A stretch of 55,316 nucleotides of DNA, taken from the IMG/VR virus record IMGVR_UViG_3300046788_000307, positions 1 through 55,316 of that record, one strand, 5' to 3'. The notes beneath the pieces are model-generated. The model did no database searches. It saw only the letters and a list, made by a program, of their open reading frames with translations, and had not been told where the DNA came from. The translations under genes and the position numbers were made by a program. This document shows positions 28,032 through 38,871 of this stretch, piece after piece. The stretch is from a virus (lineage: Duplodnaviria; Caudoviricetes). Numbering within the stretch: the first letter of the stretch is position 1; each line of letters starts with the position of its first letter.

Positions 28032-31000
28032 TGCCACTGCAGAAGCAACCGTACGCGTTGCAGTTTGTTGGCGGAATTGATAGTAAAACCGACAGCAAGC
28101 AGGTGGGGTATACGAAATTACTCGACCTGCAGAATGCTGTTTTTTCGAAGCAATCGACGCTTATCAAGCGCAACGGGTACAGCGCTTTTGGTAGGCAGAT
28201 CGATGATGCAGCAGCAACGATTACTAATCCCAAGGGCTTTGCAACGCGTCGGACTGGTCCGACGGATGCGACGGGTGACGAACTCTTATTGCTCAATGGC
28301 GCTAAGGCATACAGTTATCGAAGCTCGTCGAATTCTTGGGTTGATACCGGCGAGATTGCATCTGTGGTGGCTGCTGATGTGCCGCTCGCTCGTAGCGGTA
28401 CACAGCAGACCATGCCGGATCATGCGACTAACCTCGGCGTGACTGCACTTGCCTGGGAAGATAGCCGCGGCGGGGTATGGTGTACTGCAGTTGAAGCGGC
28501 GACTGGGCGCGTGCTACTGGCTGAGACGCAACTGAATGCATCGGCGATTTCGCCTCGCTGTGCGGCGTGCGGAACCGTACTGCATGTCTACTACGCAATT
28601 GCGGCTAGCCATCAAATCCAAGTGGCTATTATTAACCCGGCGCTGCCTAGCGCCGTGCCCACGACGGCCATTCTTACCGAAGATCTGCTGACAGCGACTC
28701 CGACGTATGATGCGGTTGCGGTTATTAACACGAGCCCGAGCATCCTCGGCGGCATTAGCCCAGTCGCAATAGCATGGACAATTGCCGCGGGTTATCGGGT
28801 CGGATATGTGCATCCATCGGGTGTGCTTGGGTCGCCGGTTACCGGGTTACCCACGGCAGCCACATACGACTCGTCAACCGATCCTAATAACGCTAGCACC
28901 TTTGCTATCGCGGTTGCTTACGATGCCGCTAATAATTCTGGTGTGGCGGTTGTGTGGAATGACCCGAGCGCTATTTTGCGAGTTCGATTTACCCAGGTGG
29001 CCAATCCTTCCAGTGTAATTATCACGCGCACGATTTCTAATCCCGGTACCGCATGGATACGAGTGGCGTGTGCTTACACGGATCCAGATAGTAAGGGCAC
29101 GAATCAACTATGGTGGATTGGTGAAGATACTAACGGCGCCACACGCGCGGACCAGCATGTCATTCGCACCGGGTGCGTAAAGGACAATTCTATCATCGCC
29201 ACTGCGGATACTGCTCGGCATCTGCTCGGCCATGTTTTGCTATCACGCGCGTTCTATGACGCTGGTGATGTCTATGCAGCGATCGCCCACCCCGTTCAAT
29301 TCTTTCCCTACGCCGCGATTGTGCGGATCTCAGGCGCATCTTTTGGTAGCGCCGGCACGATTACCGTAGCGCGTCTTTTGCCCGGAGAATCTACGGGTGC
29401 TCCCACGCGTGACCATGTCACTTCGGTGCCTGCTGTCACGACGCGGCAGCATGCGCTTTGTCTTGGTATCCGTTTGCAGCTCTCGAGCGCCAACGGGGAT
29501 CAATTCGGCGAGCAAGGCATCCGGTTAGCTACGATCGATTTCAATAGCGCACTGGCATATAGTTCCGCGCAACTCGGTCGCGGTCTTTATCTCAGCGGCG
29601 CATTGCTGTCGCATTACGACGGTCGCCGCTGGGCTGAGGCTGATTTCCATTGTGCGCCCGATCAGGTGACAGGGGCAGCTTCTATCGCAACTCCGAGTAA
29701 CGGAGGCGGATCGCTGACTAGCACCGGAGTGTACGGTTACAAGATTTGTTACGAGGAAATCGACGCGCAGGGCGAGCTCCACCAAGGCGCGCAATCCGTC
29801 GAAGTCAACGTGACACTAGGTGGTGCCGATAATCGTGTAACGCTGGTAATCCCGACATACCGCCTGACAAACAAAAAGACGGTGCGTATCGGCGTGTATC
29901 GCTCGATTGCAAATGACTCGAGCGAATTCTTTAGGGTCACCAGCACCGACCCGTCCGTGACAGCCGGTAGTAACCGCTACGTCGCCAACGATGCCACGGT
30001 CAATACGGTTACGTTTGTGGATGATTTATCAGACGCGAATTGTAAACTCCGCGAGCCGCTCTATACGAACGGCGGCATCCTATCCAATGATCCGCCGCCA
30101 ATTTCAGGCGGTGCGATTGCGGTGGGCAAATCGCGACTGTTCTGGACAGATCCCGGCGATCCGCATCTTGTGTGGTTCTCGCAGCAGTTGCGAGATGACA
30201 CGGCAGCCGAGCTTTCAGCTTCGCTTTCTATGCGGACTGACCCCTACGGCGGCAACGTGGTGGCAATCGCCGTCATGGACAACGGGGTGTTCGCGTTCAA
30301 GGAAACCGCGATCTACGTCGCTGATGGCCCGGGACCTGATGCCGATGGCGGGGCATCCAATCCGCAAAATGCATTTACCCCCTTTGCATTGCTCACTAGC
30401 GACGTCGGGTGTAAATCCGCTCGATCGATCTGTCAGACTCCTGAAGGGATTGCATTCCAATCTAGCAAGGGGATCAAGCTGCTAGGCCGCGATAGGCAAG
30501 TTGTCGATATCGGCCGCGATGTCTATGCCTACAATAGCCAAACTATTACGAGTGCAACGCTTTTCCCGGATCGGCATCAAGTCATATTCTTGACCGATTC
30601 TGGCAGCACGCTGCTATGGGACTATGAGCGTGCCCAGTGGTCTCGATTCACGAACCATGAGGGGATCGACGCCGCGATTATCGATGATGTGTTCGTGTAC
30701 CTGCGGAATGACGGGCGTGTATTTGCTGAAACAATTGGCGCCTACAAGGATGATAACGCGCATATTTCGATGGTGATCGATACCGCTTGGGTGAAGATGG
30801 CGGGGTACTTACAGGGTTGGCAAAAGGTGCTATACGCAGCAATTATCGGGACTTATAAGTCAAGCCATCAGCTACAGGTGCGGTACCGCTTGAACTATCA
30901 AGAGGCGTATAACTCGCTCACACCGATCAACGTTGATGTCAATTATAACCCGTCACTCTATGGCACAGGCGCCTATGGGGTCGGTGACTTCGGTGGCACA

Positions 31001-31186
31001 CCAGGCCCTGATACCGTATACCAAGAGCAAGTGCATCTTAATAAAAGATGTCAAGCGATTAGCTTTCAGTTTTCGGATATTGAAGCAACCGACACGTTCG
31101 GCGCGGCTTTTGAGTTGTCTGAGCTACTACTAACGGGTGGCACACTGGGGACGAAGTACCCAATGGGCGCAACAAGGAGTCACTAA
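28031..31186 (+). CDS. Tail tubular/nozzle (DNA stabilisation) protein
   Basis: 1051 aa, beta-rich; position typical of podovirus tubular protein B. Confidence 0.65.
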   Translation: MPLQKQPYALQFVGGIDSKTDSKQVGYTKLLDLQNAVFSKQSTLIKRNGYSAFGRQIDDAAATITNPKGFATRRTGPTDATGDELLLLNGAKAYSYRSSSNSWVDTGEIASVVAADVPLARSGTQQTMPDHATNLGVTALAWEDSRGGVWCTAVEAATGRVLLAETQLNASAISPRCAACGTVLHVYYAIAASHQIQVAIINPALPSAVPTTAILTEDLLTATPTYDAVAVINTSPSILGGISPVAIAWTIAAGYRVGYVHPSGVLGSPVTGLPTAATYDSSTDPNNASTFAIAVAYDAANNSGVAVVWNDPSAILRVRFTQVANPSSVIITRTISNPGTAWIRVACAYTDPDSKGTNQLWWIGEDTNGATRADQHVIRTGCVKDNSIIATADTARHLLGHVLLSRAFYDAGDVYAAIAHPVQFFPYAAIVRISGASFGSAGTITVARLLPGESTGAPTRDHVTSVPAVTTRQHALCLGIRLQLSSANGDQFGEQGIRLATIDFNSALAYSSAQLGRGLYLSGALLSHYDGRRWAEADFHCAPDQVTGAASIATPSNGGGSLTSTGVYGYKICYEEIDAQGELHQGAQSVEVNVTLGGADNRVTLVIPTYRLTNKKTVRIGVYRSIANDSSEFFRVTSTDPSVTAGSNRYVANDATVNTVTFVDDLSDANCKLREPLYTNGGILSNDPPPISGGAIAVGKSRLFWTDPGDPHLVWFSQQLRDDTAAELSASLSMRTDPYGGNVVAIAVMDNGVFAFKETAIYVADGPGPDADGGASNPQNAFTPFALLTSDVGCKSARSICQTPEGIAFQSSKGIKLLGRDRQVVDIGRDVYAYNSQTITSATLFPDRHQVIFLTDSGSTLLWDYERAQWSRFTNHEGIDAAIIDDVFVYLRNDGRVFAETIGAYKDDNAHISMVIDTAWVKMAGYLQGWQKVLYAAIIGTYKSSHQLQVRYRLNYQEAYNSLTPINVDVNYNPSLYGTGAYGVGDFGGTPGPDTVYQEQVHLNKRCQAISFQFSDIEATDTFGAAFELSELLLTGGTLGTKYPMGATRSH

Positions 31187-32196
31187 TGCCGGATTGGGGA
31201 GATCTCGAAAACATTGGTGGCCAAGTCCTCGGCGGTGTGCCCGGCTATGTCGGATCGCAGCTATCGCAGCACGGTATGGGTGGCACGGCCGGATCGGTCC
31301 TATTTGGCGGACTAGGCAAGTCTACCAACCCCATGGATTATGGGGTTAATTCGCCGAATCAAGCGCAGATGCAGGCGATGATGGGGCAGAGTGCGGCGCA
31401 GATTGACCCGGCGCAGCAGGCGCAGTTCCGCGCGATGCAACTGGCACAGGCGCAGCAGCTACAGCGTATCGCGAGTGGCCAGCAGCAAGGTGCAGGCGAG
31501 CTCGCAGCACAGCGCCAGGTCGCCAATGCACAAGCCGCACAGCAAGCACAAGCGCGCATGGCACGAGGCGGTAACGCAGCACTTGCATATCGCCAAGCGG
31601 CTAACAATCAAGCCGGGATCGGTCTTGCGGGTGCCGGGCAAGCGCAGCAAGCGGCGCTGCAGGATCAGTCGAACGCGATGGGGCAACTCACGGGGGCACT
31701 CGGGCAAGGTCGCGGGCAAGATCTTTCGATGGCCGGCCAGAACGCGCAGTTTCAGAACGAACGTTACGGCCAGAATCTCGGCGCATTGTCGTCGAATGAC
31801 GCGCAGCGCTTGGCAGCACAGCAGGCTGCTATGGGCGCGACGCTCGGGCAGCAAGGCATCGCAGGCGGGTTGCTTAGTACAGCTGGCACTATGATGGCTG
31901 CATCAGATGAGAATCTAAAAACCGATATCACCGATGCAGACGATGAGGTTAACGAGATGCTACGCAGCATCCCGGGATCGCGTGCATATCGCTATAAAAA
32001 TGAGGCACGCCACGGCACAGGCGATCGCCTAGGAATCATGGCGCAGGATCTTACGAAAACGCCGGGCGGACGCAAGATGGTTCGTCAAACGCCTGATGGG
32101 CTTGCAGTTGACGTTGGCCAGATGGCCTCGGTTGCGATTGCAAAGGCTGCCGAGTACGAGCGCCGAATCGCTAAGCTAGAGAAGAAGGCACGCTGA
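31186..32196 (+). CDS. Gln/Ala-rich virion protein with C-terminal S74 (intramolecular chaperone) domain
   Basis: SDENLKTDI, YRYK, GIMAQDL and a terminal coiled coil. Confidence 0.8.
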   Translation: MPDWGDLENIGGQVLGGVPGYVGSQLSQHGMGGTAGSVLFGGLGKSTNPMDYGVNSPNQAQMQAMMGQSAAQIDPAQQAQFRAMQLAQAQQLQRIASGQQQGAGELAAQRQVANAQAAQQAQARMARGGNAALAYRQAANNQAGIGLAGAGQAQQAALQDQSNAMGQLTGALGQGRGQDLSMAGQNAQFQNERYGQNLGALSSNDAQRLAAQQAAMGATLGQQGIAGGLLSTAGTMMAASDENLKTDITDADDEVNEMLRSIPGSRAYRYKNEARHGTGDRLGIMAQDLTKTPGGRKMVRQTPDGLAVDVGQMASVAIAKAAEYERRIAKLEKKAR

Positions 32197-32747
32197 TGCC
32201 TGATAATTTACCGAATAGATATGCTCTAGATCCATCTACATTGGCCGGTCTAGGGTTGCTTCCTCCAGCGCCGACAACGGCACAGGAGAGATCGCAGGCA
32301 ATGGCCGAAGCACTAGCGCGGTCGCACGCATATGCCAAAGCACAGGCACAAGCGCAGGATTTGGCGCGTACGCAGAGCAGATCGCAGGCAATGGCCGAAG
32401 CGTTGGCGCGATCTCACGCATACGCCAGAGCGCAAGCACAGGCACAAGATCTTGCGCGCACGCAGATGGTAGCAGCAGCGACACATGCAGGGCTATTACC
32501 CGCCCTGCACCCTGCAATTGTATCTGCTATTCAGAATGATTTTAGACCGGCGAATGTGCCTATCCAGGCGGGACCTACGGTCCCGGACTATACGCCGCCT
32601 AGTAGCAATCCTAACGATCGGTTTAATCCGCGCCCATATCCGCCTTTGCCTATGCCGCTAGCGCCTGCGCTATCATCTCCACAAGCGACCAACGGTACTA
32701 TTCAGAATATAATTAACCAGCGCACTGGTACCCCGGTGTCGGAGTAA
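32196..32747 (+). CDS. Hypothetical protein with tandem ~30-aa repeat
   Basis: RSQAMAEALARSHAYA.AQAQAQDLARTQ x2. Confidence 0.6.
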   Translation: MPDNLPNRYALDPSTLAGLGLLPPAPTTAQERSQAMAEALARSHAYAKAQAQAQDLARTQSRSQAMAEALARSHAYARAQAQAQDLARTQMVAAATHAGLLPALHPAIVSAIQNDFRPANVPIQAGPTVPDYTPPSSNPNDRFNPRPYPPLPMPLAPALSSPQATNGTIQNIINQRTGTPVSE

Positions 32748-32752
32748 ATGTA

Positions 32753-34846
32753 GTGGCGGACTATGGCGCAGATCCGTACGCACTTGACCCCTCGATCACA
32801 TCGTATCTGCAGGGGCAGCCCCCGGTACAGCAAATCGGCGGGGATGGCGGTATTGCGCCTCCTACAAGCTATGATGAGACAGCCGCAGCGGTCGATGCTT
32901 CACCGTTGCACCCGAGCGTGGTCGACGCTATCCAAAATGGTTTTGCTACGCCCGCTGCGCCTACGCCCGTGCCCGTTCAAGAGCAAACTGCGCCCGCGCC
33001 TGTTGTACCGCAAATGGCGCCTGATGTCGTCGCAGGCACGGTAAACACACCGACACCCGCTGAGACTAAAGCGCGCAACGCGTATTATGACAAGCAGCAA
33101 GCCGCACAGGCAGCGTACGCGCAGAGCCCCCAAGGCATGCAGGCGCAAGCGGATCAGCAGGGATACGATGTAATTGGCGCGCAGCGAAAAGCACAGGCCG
33201 ATCAGCTACAGGCCGAACAAGATGCGAACACCGCTCAGCTGAACATACAGCAAAAAGCTAACGAGAGGGCAGTAGAACAGGAAAAAGCCGATGCTGCCGT
33301 ACGTGCGGATAACCAGGCAAATGTCGCTAAGTACACACAGCAGTATGCGGATCAGATCAAAGCTGCTGCGGATTTCCACCCCGATACGAATCATGATATC
33401 GGGCTACGGGGAATGATTGCCGTTGCGCTTTCGGGCATTGGCGACGCGCTTGATCATCGACACGGCCCCAATGCTGCATTGGAGCTTATCCACGGCACCA
33501 TCAACGCGCGCATCGCGGACCAGTGGAAACAGAAAGAGGCGCTCGGGGCGAAAGCGGCGGGGACAAAGGGTGTGCTGGATACCTATCTGAAGAATGCCGA
33601 CAATATCCAGCAGGCACAGGATATTCAGCGCGCTGCGATGACGAAACAAGTGCAAGATCAAGTGAAACTTGCAGTTTTGCAAAGTGCTAATCCGCAAGTC
33701 CGCGCCCGCGGGGAAATGCTTGACGCGCAGCTGGGTGAATCAGTGGTGGCGCAAACCCAGAATATTGTAAACCGCAAGCAAGCAGCGCTAGCGGCACAGG
33801 CAGCCGCAAAAGTGGAACAGCAGAAGCTTGGGATTGAATACGGACACCTCGGCGAATCTATCCGGCATAATAAGGTTGCCGAGCGAGATGCACGCGATGA
33901 AAAGAGCGCGCAGATTGCTGCAGAAGTCTTGAAACTAAAGGACGCAGGCGACCAAAAGCATGCCGAGCAACTTGATAAAGAAAAACAAGAGCTCAATGAC
34001 AATGGGTTTATGACGCCTAGTATTGTCAAAGACGAAAAGGGGCAGGTTGTCACAGATCCTGACGGTACGCCGAAGGTCCAGTATGACTATATGAGACAAG
34101 CACCCGAACCCGGTGAGACTATAGGCAAATATTACAAAGCTCCCAAAGAAGCCCAGAAAGATCTACGCGAAGCGGATGAGGGGACAAGAGAATACGTCAC
34201 GGCCCTTGATCATCTGCAAAACCTAATCGACGAAAACGGTGGCGATTTCAACAAATGGGGTTCGGACGCACGCAGCAAGGCACAAGCAGTTGAAGAAGCA
34301 CTCTTTGCTAAGCATAAAGCCCTAGCTATTTCCGGTTTCCGCCCAGGCACTGGCGAAATGATTGAAAAGACTATCACGGGTGGTGGCGATCCGACATCAC
34401 TGCTTAGCAGTATCGCTCCCCAAATCGAGCACGCACGTCAAACTGCTCTTGACGATCGTAATCAAAAATTCGCATCGCACAATTACACAGGTCCCCCTCT
34501 GGATATTCCGAGAGTAGCACCGTCGAAGACTCGCTCCGAGGCCGAGAACGATCTTGGAGAGCTGCGAACCCCATTACCTGGCGGTGTGTCATCCCTAGTA
34601 CCCGATATCACTAAACCGGAAAGTATCGCGCGAGCAGAAAGCGCCCGCGAAGCCGGTATCAATATCGATAAGAAGCAAAAGCTGGATACCTATGGTGCAT
34701 ATCTTCAGAGCACTGATCCCAAGACCCAAAAGCTCGGGCGGCAATTGCTAGAGGGCGTGCTAGAAGCCAAAGATGTCCCGGCAGATGTCCGTAAGTATGC
34801 TCGTGGCATTTTAGGTGCGAATCTCGCACAAGATCTAAAGAAATAA
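32753..34846 (+). CDS. Putative internal virion (ejection) protein
   Basis: 697 aa, helical, Gln/Ala-rich; position. Confidence 0.55.
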   Translation: MADYGADPYALDPSITSYLQGQPPVQQIGGDGGIAPPTSYDETAAAVDASPLHPSVVDAIQNGFATPAAPTPVPVQEQTAPAPVVPQMAPDVVAGTVNTPTPAETKARNAYYDKQQAAQAAYAQSPQGMQAQADQQGYDVIGAQRKAQADQLQAEQDANTAQLNIQQKANERAVEQEKADAAVRADNQANVAKYTQQYADQIKAAADFHPDTNHDIGLRGMIAVALSGIGDALDHRHGPNAALELIHGTINARIADQWKQKEALGAKAAGTKGVLDTYLKNADNIQQAQDIQRAAMTKQVQDQVKLAVLQSANPQVRARGEMLDAQLGESVVAQTQNIVNRKQAALAAQAAAKVEQQKLGIEYGHLGESIRHNKVAERDARDEKSAQIAAEVLKLKDAGDQKHAEQLDKEKQELNDNGFMTPSIVKDEKGQVVTDPDGTPKVQYDYMRQAPEPGETIGKYYKAPKEAQKDLREADEGTREYVTALDHLQNLIDENGGDFNKWGSDARSKAQAVEEALFAKHKALAISGFRPGTGEMIEKTITGGGDPTSLLSSIAPQIEHARQTALDDRNQKFASHNYTGPPLDIPRVAPSKTRSEAENDLGELRTPLPGGVSSLVPDITKPESIARAESAREAGINIDKKQKLDTYGAYLQSTDPKTQKLGRQLLEGVLEAKDVPADVRKYARGILGANLAQDLKK

Positions 34847-37635
34847 TGGGTACTGATACTGTAACGCTGACTAAAGACGGACGCGCCGTAGAGGTGCCTG
34901 TCGATCAGTCTGCGTCGCTTATCCAACAGGGATACCGCGCGGAAGCGCCCGATGTCCGCGCCGAACGTATTGCATCTGAACAAGCCGCCGAGCGCGATCC
35001 TGGCGCTGTTGTCGCGGGTGTCATGGGCGGTTTGCGCGGTCTGACATTGGGCGGCTCGGATGCGATCATTAACGGCATCAGCAAGCTTTCTGGAGATACT
35101 TCCCCGATCCAGGCGCTCTCTGATCTACGCCAGCGCCATGGCATCGCGAGCACCATCGGTACAATTGCCGGTGCAGCACTCCCATCGCTTTTAACCGGCG
35201 GTGCGGGTGCGGAAGGTGAGGTGGGGGTCCTCGGCGGTATCCCGACGCCTGCCGGTATCGTAAGTAATATCGGTCGCAAGATTGCTGGTGCAGGCGAGAG
35301 CGCTGGCGCGATTGGACAAATCGGGGCCACGGCTGCGGCAGGCGCGTTCGAAGGTGCAGCACAAAATGCCGGCGGATATATTTCCGATGTTGCGCTAGGT
35401 GATAGGGACTTGTCCGCCGACGGTTTCTCTGGCGCGATGGGTAAAGGGGCGCTTTGGGGAGGCGTGGCCGGCGGTGCGTTATCCGTCGCTAGTAAAGGAT
35501 TGATAGCGGCTCGACGGTTGCTACCTGCTGCCGAACAAACACCCGAGGCTGTACTAGCTGCCGAAAACGCGGCAAAGCAAGCGGTGCGTGATTCGGTGAA
35601 TGATTCGCATGCAGTGCATCAAGCTGGCCAGGAGGCGGTTGAGCGGACTACTCGCGAAACTGATCAGCTTCTGAAGGATCTAGAAACCGAACGAGCCAAT
35701 TTTAGGGCTGCCCGCGAACCGCTAAGTGAGACAGCTCCGCCGCGCCCAACAGCGGAAGGTGAGACACCCCCTGCACCCGTGGCACCGCAAGAGCCGCCCC
35801 CCGACGCGCAGCAATTGATGCGCAATTGGCGCGATAAATATCCCGAGGGAGCGGTTGATTACAATGCCGCTAATGCATCTATGCGTCGTGGGCGACTTGC
35901 GGCCTGGGCCAAGGATTTTCAGCCGACTAACGCCGAAGATGAAACCATCAAGGCATACTTTGCTACCCCTCAAGATCCCATGCGTACCCCGGATCGCATC
36001 GGCGGTGTTGAGGTGCCTGCACAGGTGCAGAAGCTAGCCCGCAATGCGGCAGCTAACGCATCACATGAGGCGTATCTTACTGCAACTCCGGGCGCAGTAG
36101 ACGTCTCAGCATCCGGCACCGAGGCCATGGCCAGGTCGATGTATGCCGGCCGGAAGGCTGCCGCGCAAGCATTGGACGATGTCTACACGGCTTACCGAGC
36201 CGGCATGCCTATCGCTGACATTCAGATTGCGGCGACTAAGAAGCTAACCGGAGAGATGCACGAGCTCGCAGAAGCTCGAGATGATTTGCTCAAGTCGATG
36301 GCCGGCAAATCTGAAACCGCGGCTGCTGCTCCGCAGACGCTTGCTGAGCGTATACTATCACCGGGATCGCCTATCGACCCTGATACCGCTGTGGGTAGGG
36401 CGCTCAGTAAGAGTAGCGATGTCAACGCTGACATATCTGATTTAGCCCCAAAAGTGACGCGCTATGAAGCTGCTAAAGCGCAACTAACCGAATCCATCGG
36501 CCCCAAAGCCTCGCCGGAAGCACAGGCGCACGCGCAAGCCTTCCGTGCAGCCCAACAGCACGCCGAAACCGCGGGCGCGCGCGGTGCCACACAAACGGCT
36601 GAGAATATCGATCGTGTGGCAGCTGGTGCCCCTGCCGATAAGTTGCCGGGGGGTAAATCTATATTCGGCAAGCTGGCCGATATGGGAGCGGTGCACGAGG
36701 CACTTTCTTCGGTCGGTATTTTCAAGCACGCGCTGCACGCCATCCCAGTCATTGGCCCGCTGTTGTCGGTTGTACTCAAGGCCAAGTTGCTCGGTAAACT
36801 CGCAGGTAAATTTGGCGGATCATTTGCAGAAACAGCAGAGGGTACTATCGCGGCCAAAGCCGCCGAGACCCAAAACCGCATCAACGGTGCATTGGATGCG
36901 ATGCTAGGGGGCACCGCTAAAGTGCTCTCCAAGCGAGCAGCTGATACGGCCCAGCCAGCTGCAGCGCTCGCACACGCATTATTTGATAACGGCAGTAAGA
37001 AACCCTACTCAAGCACTCCAGCAGCAGGTGATTTGGGGGCAATGTATCAAGCGCGAATGGACGAGCTCTCGCGCGCTATGCAGCCAGGCGCGATCGAGCA
37101 AGCGATTAAAGCCAGGATCACTACCAGTGATCCGACTATCGCGGATGCCATCATCGAATCGCAACAGCGGATCACATCGTACCTCTACAACGCAGCCCCC
37201 AAGCCGGATTCGCCTCCCTTACCCGGTACGGCACCTCGCATCCCTTCCAAGACAGAAATCACCAATTGGGGCATGGCTGTGGCAGCTGTGCATGATCCGG
37301 CAGCGGTATATGAACGTGTCGCCGCGGGGGGCACTGCCCGCCCTGAAGAGATTGACGCTGTGCAGAATTGCTTTCCTGCACTACATGCCGCCGCACAGCA
37401 GAAACTGGTCAAAATGCTAACCGACGTTAAGGATCCTCCCAACTATGCCCGACGGGTCGCTATCTCGTCGCTCCTAGGATTGCCGCTCGATTCCAGCATG
37501 ATGGGCGAGCATGCTACATTTCTACAGAGTGGATACCACACCCCCGCTGCACAGCCGCAAGCACCAGCAGCCACTTCAACCCTTAGCTCGAGTGTCAATA
37601 TTGGACAACGCACACTTACTGGACTAGATCGATAG
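34846..37635 (+). CDS. Putative large internal virion (ejection) protein
   Basis: 929 aa; Gly/Ala-rich hydrophobic N-terminal region. Confidence 0.55.
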   Translation: MGTDTVTLTKDGRAVEVPVDQSASLIQQGYRAEAPDVRAERIASEQAAERDPGAVVAGVMGGLRGLTLGGSDAIINGISKLSGDTSPIQALSDLRQRHGIASTIGTIAGAALPSLLTGGAGAEGEVGVLGGIPTPAGIVSNIGRKIAGAGESAGAIGQIGATAAAGAFEGAAQNAGGYISDVALGDRDLSADGFSGAMGKGALWGGVAGGALSVASKGLIAARRLLPAAEQTPEAVLAAENAAKQAVRDSVNDSHAVHQAGQEAVERTTRETDQLLKDLETERANFRAAREPLSETAPPRPTAEGETPPAPVAPQEPPPDAQQLMRNWRDKYPEGAVDYNAANASMRRGRLAAWAKDFQPTNAEDETIKAYFATPQDPMRTPDRIGGVEVPAQVQKLARNAAANASHEAYLTATPGAVDVSASGTEAMARSMYAGRKAAAQALDDVYTAYRAGMPIADIQIAATKKLTGEMHELAEARDDLLKSMAGKSETAAAAPQTLAERILSPGSPIDPDTAVGRALSKSSDVNADISDLAPKVTRYEAAKAQLTESIGPKASPEAQAHAQAFRAAQQHAETAGARGATQTAENIDRVAAGAPADKLPGGKSIFGKLADMGAVHEALSSVGIFKHALHAIPVIGPLLSVVLKAKLLGKLAGKFGGSFAETAEGTIAAKAAETQNRINGALDAMLGGTAKVLSKRAADTAQPAAALAHALFDNGSKKPYSSTPAAGDLGAMYQARMDELSRAMQPGAIEQAIKARITTSDPTIADAIIESQQRITSYLYNAAPKPDSPPLPGTAPRIPSKTEITNWGMAVAAVHDPAAVYERVAAGGTARPEEIDAVQNCFPALHAAAQQKLVKMLTDVKDPPNYARRVAISSLLGLPLDSSMMGEHATFLQSGYHTPAAQPQAPAATSTLSSSVNIGQRTLTGLDR

Positions 37636-37643
37636 GAGATCCC

Positions 37644-38132
37644 ATGAGCCATGCACGTGAAGAAAGCGACGCAATTTCATCGGCTGGAGTCAAAATCGTG
37701 CATGAGCCGGGGCTCGGCTGCAAGCTTGGCGTAGGCACCTACTATTTCGACGTTAGCAGCGCCGATGTGCCGACCGAATCAGTCCATATGTCTTGGGATG
37801 CCGCCGTGACTGCAACGGTTACGTTTCAAGATAGCAATATGCCTCCCTATAAAGGTGCCGGCGGGGCGTACTTTGCGTCCAATGCACCTGTTGATGTGTC
37901 GGCATTCAACGGCACCGCAGGTAACTGGGTTACCGAGGATCCCAGTACCGCATACATCCCCGCCGGTACCGGCTTCACGGTTACAAATATGTCAGTTTCA
38001 GTAGCCGGGACAGATGCGGGCGGCACTATCTGGAACCTTAGTAACCTCGGCACGCGCCGCGGTCGCATGAAGGTTGTTACGACTGTCGGCGGTTACGTCC
38101 GCTGTCTATCATGGGGCAAAGGGGGCGCGTAG
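37644..38132 (+). CDS. Putative virion protein
   Basis: AGGAG SD; beta-rich. Confidence 0.6.
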   Translation: MSHAREESDAISSAGVKIVHEPGLGCKLGVGTYYFDVSSADVPTESVHMSWDAAVTATVTFQDSNMPPYKGAGGAYFASNAPVDVSAFNGTAGNWVTEDPSTAYIPAGTGFTVTNMSVSVAGTDAGGTIWNLSNLGTRRGRMKVVTTVGGYVRCLSWGKGGA

Positions 38133-38135
38133 CTC

Positions 38136-38336
38136 ATGGTCGGTGTGCGCCCTGGCATAAAAACGGGTTTGATGAGGGGCGTGCGCCCGGGCATAGGGAC
38201 TGATCCCATTGCGTCACAGGGCACACAGACAACGCTTAACATCGGATCAACATTCGTGCGCCTTGATGGCGGAGCTGCTACCTCACTCTATGTAAAAGAA
38301 TCCGGTACGAGCAACACCGGATGGGTGGGCAAATGA
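38136..38336 (+). CDS. Mini protein consisting mostly of a tail-spike C-terminal motif
   Basis: GSTFVRLDGGAATSLYVKESGTSNTGWVGK. Confidence 0.55.
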   Translation: MVGVRPGIKTGLMRGVRPGIGTDPIASQGTQTTLNIGSTFVRLDGGAATSLYVKESGTSNTGWVGK

Positions 38337-38596
38337 ACTCGCCGGATTACCGGACTATCACGCTTTCACTATTGTGGGCGCATTTTGAACAGTCGGTCAG
38401 AAGTCTCGAAGGGTTGTTACAGTCTGCACATGATGCGCTTGCAACCGGCAAACAAGCGCAGGATGCGGCTAAGGCAGAAACCCGGCACATGCGCACACTA
38501 TGTGATGCGGCGGTACAGTGGCGTAAAGATAGATTTAGCCCGCGACTCGAGCAGGCAATTGACGCGTACCGCCGCGAGGAAGTATTGAAACGATGA
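38333..38596 (+). CDS. Hypothetical protein
   Basis: ATGA-coupled. Confidence 0.5.
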   Translation: MNSPDYRTITLSLLWAHFEQSVRSLEGLLQSAHDALATGKQAQDAAKAETRHMRTLCDAAVQWRKDRFSPRLEQAIDAYRREEVLKR

Positions 38597-38856
38597 CAGC
38601 TAAGCAAATGCACGATCTCCTAATCCGCCTTGATAGCCGCACCGAGAACATCGCAACGGACGTACTCGAGCTCAAGCACACAATCAACGGCAATGGTACA
38701 CCCGGTATCAAGGATATCGTGGTGCGTCATGATGAACGTGTGAAGGCAATAGAATCCCGGACCGTGTTGGGCAGAAAAGAACTCGCTGCCCTTTGGACTG
38801 GTTTGGTAGGAGCTCTCGTAGCACTGGCGCATGTAGTTGAACGTCTCGTCCACTGA
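38593..38856 (+). CDS. Holin-like protein (coiled coil plus C-terminal TM)
   Basis: NGNGTPGI motif; hydrophobic C-terminus. Confidence 0.5.
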   Translation: MTAKQMHDLLIRLDSRTENIATDVLELKHTINGNGTPGIKDIVVRHDERVKAIESRTVLGRKELAALWTGLVGALVALAHVVERLVH

Positions 38857-38871
38857 TGCTATAGGAGTCCC

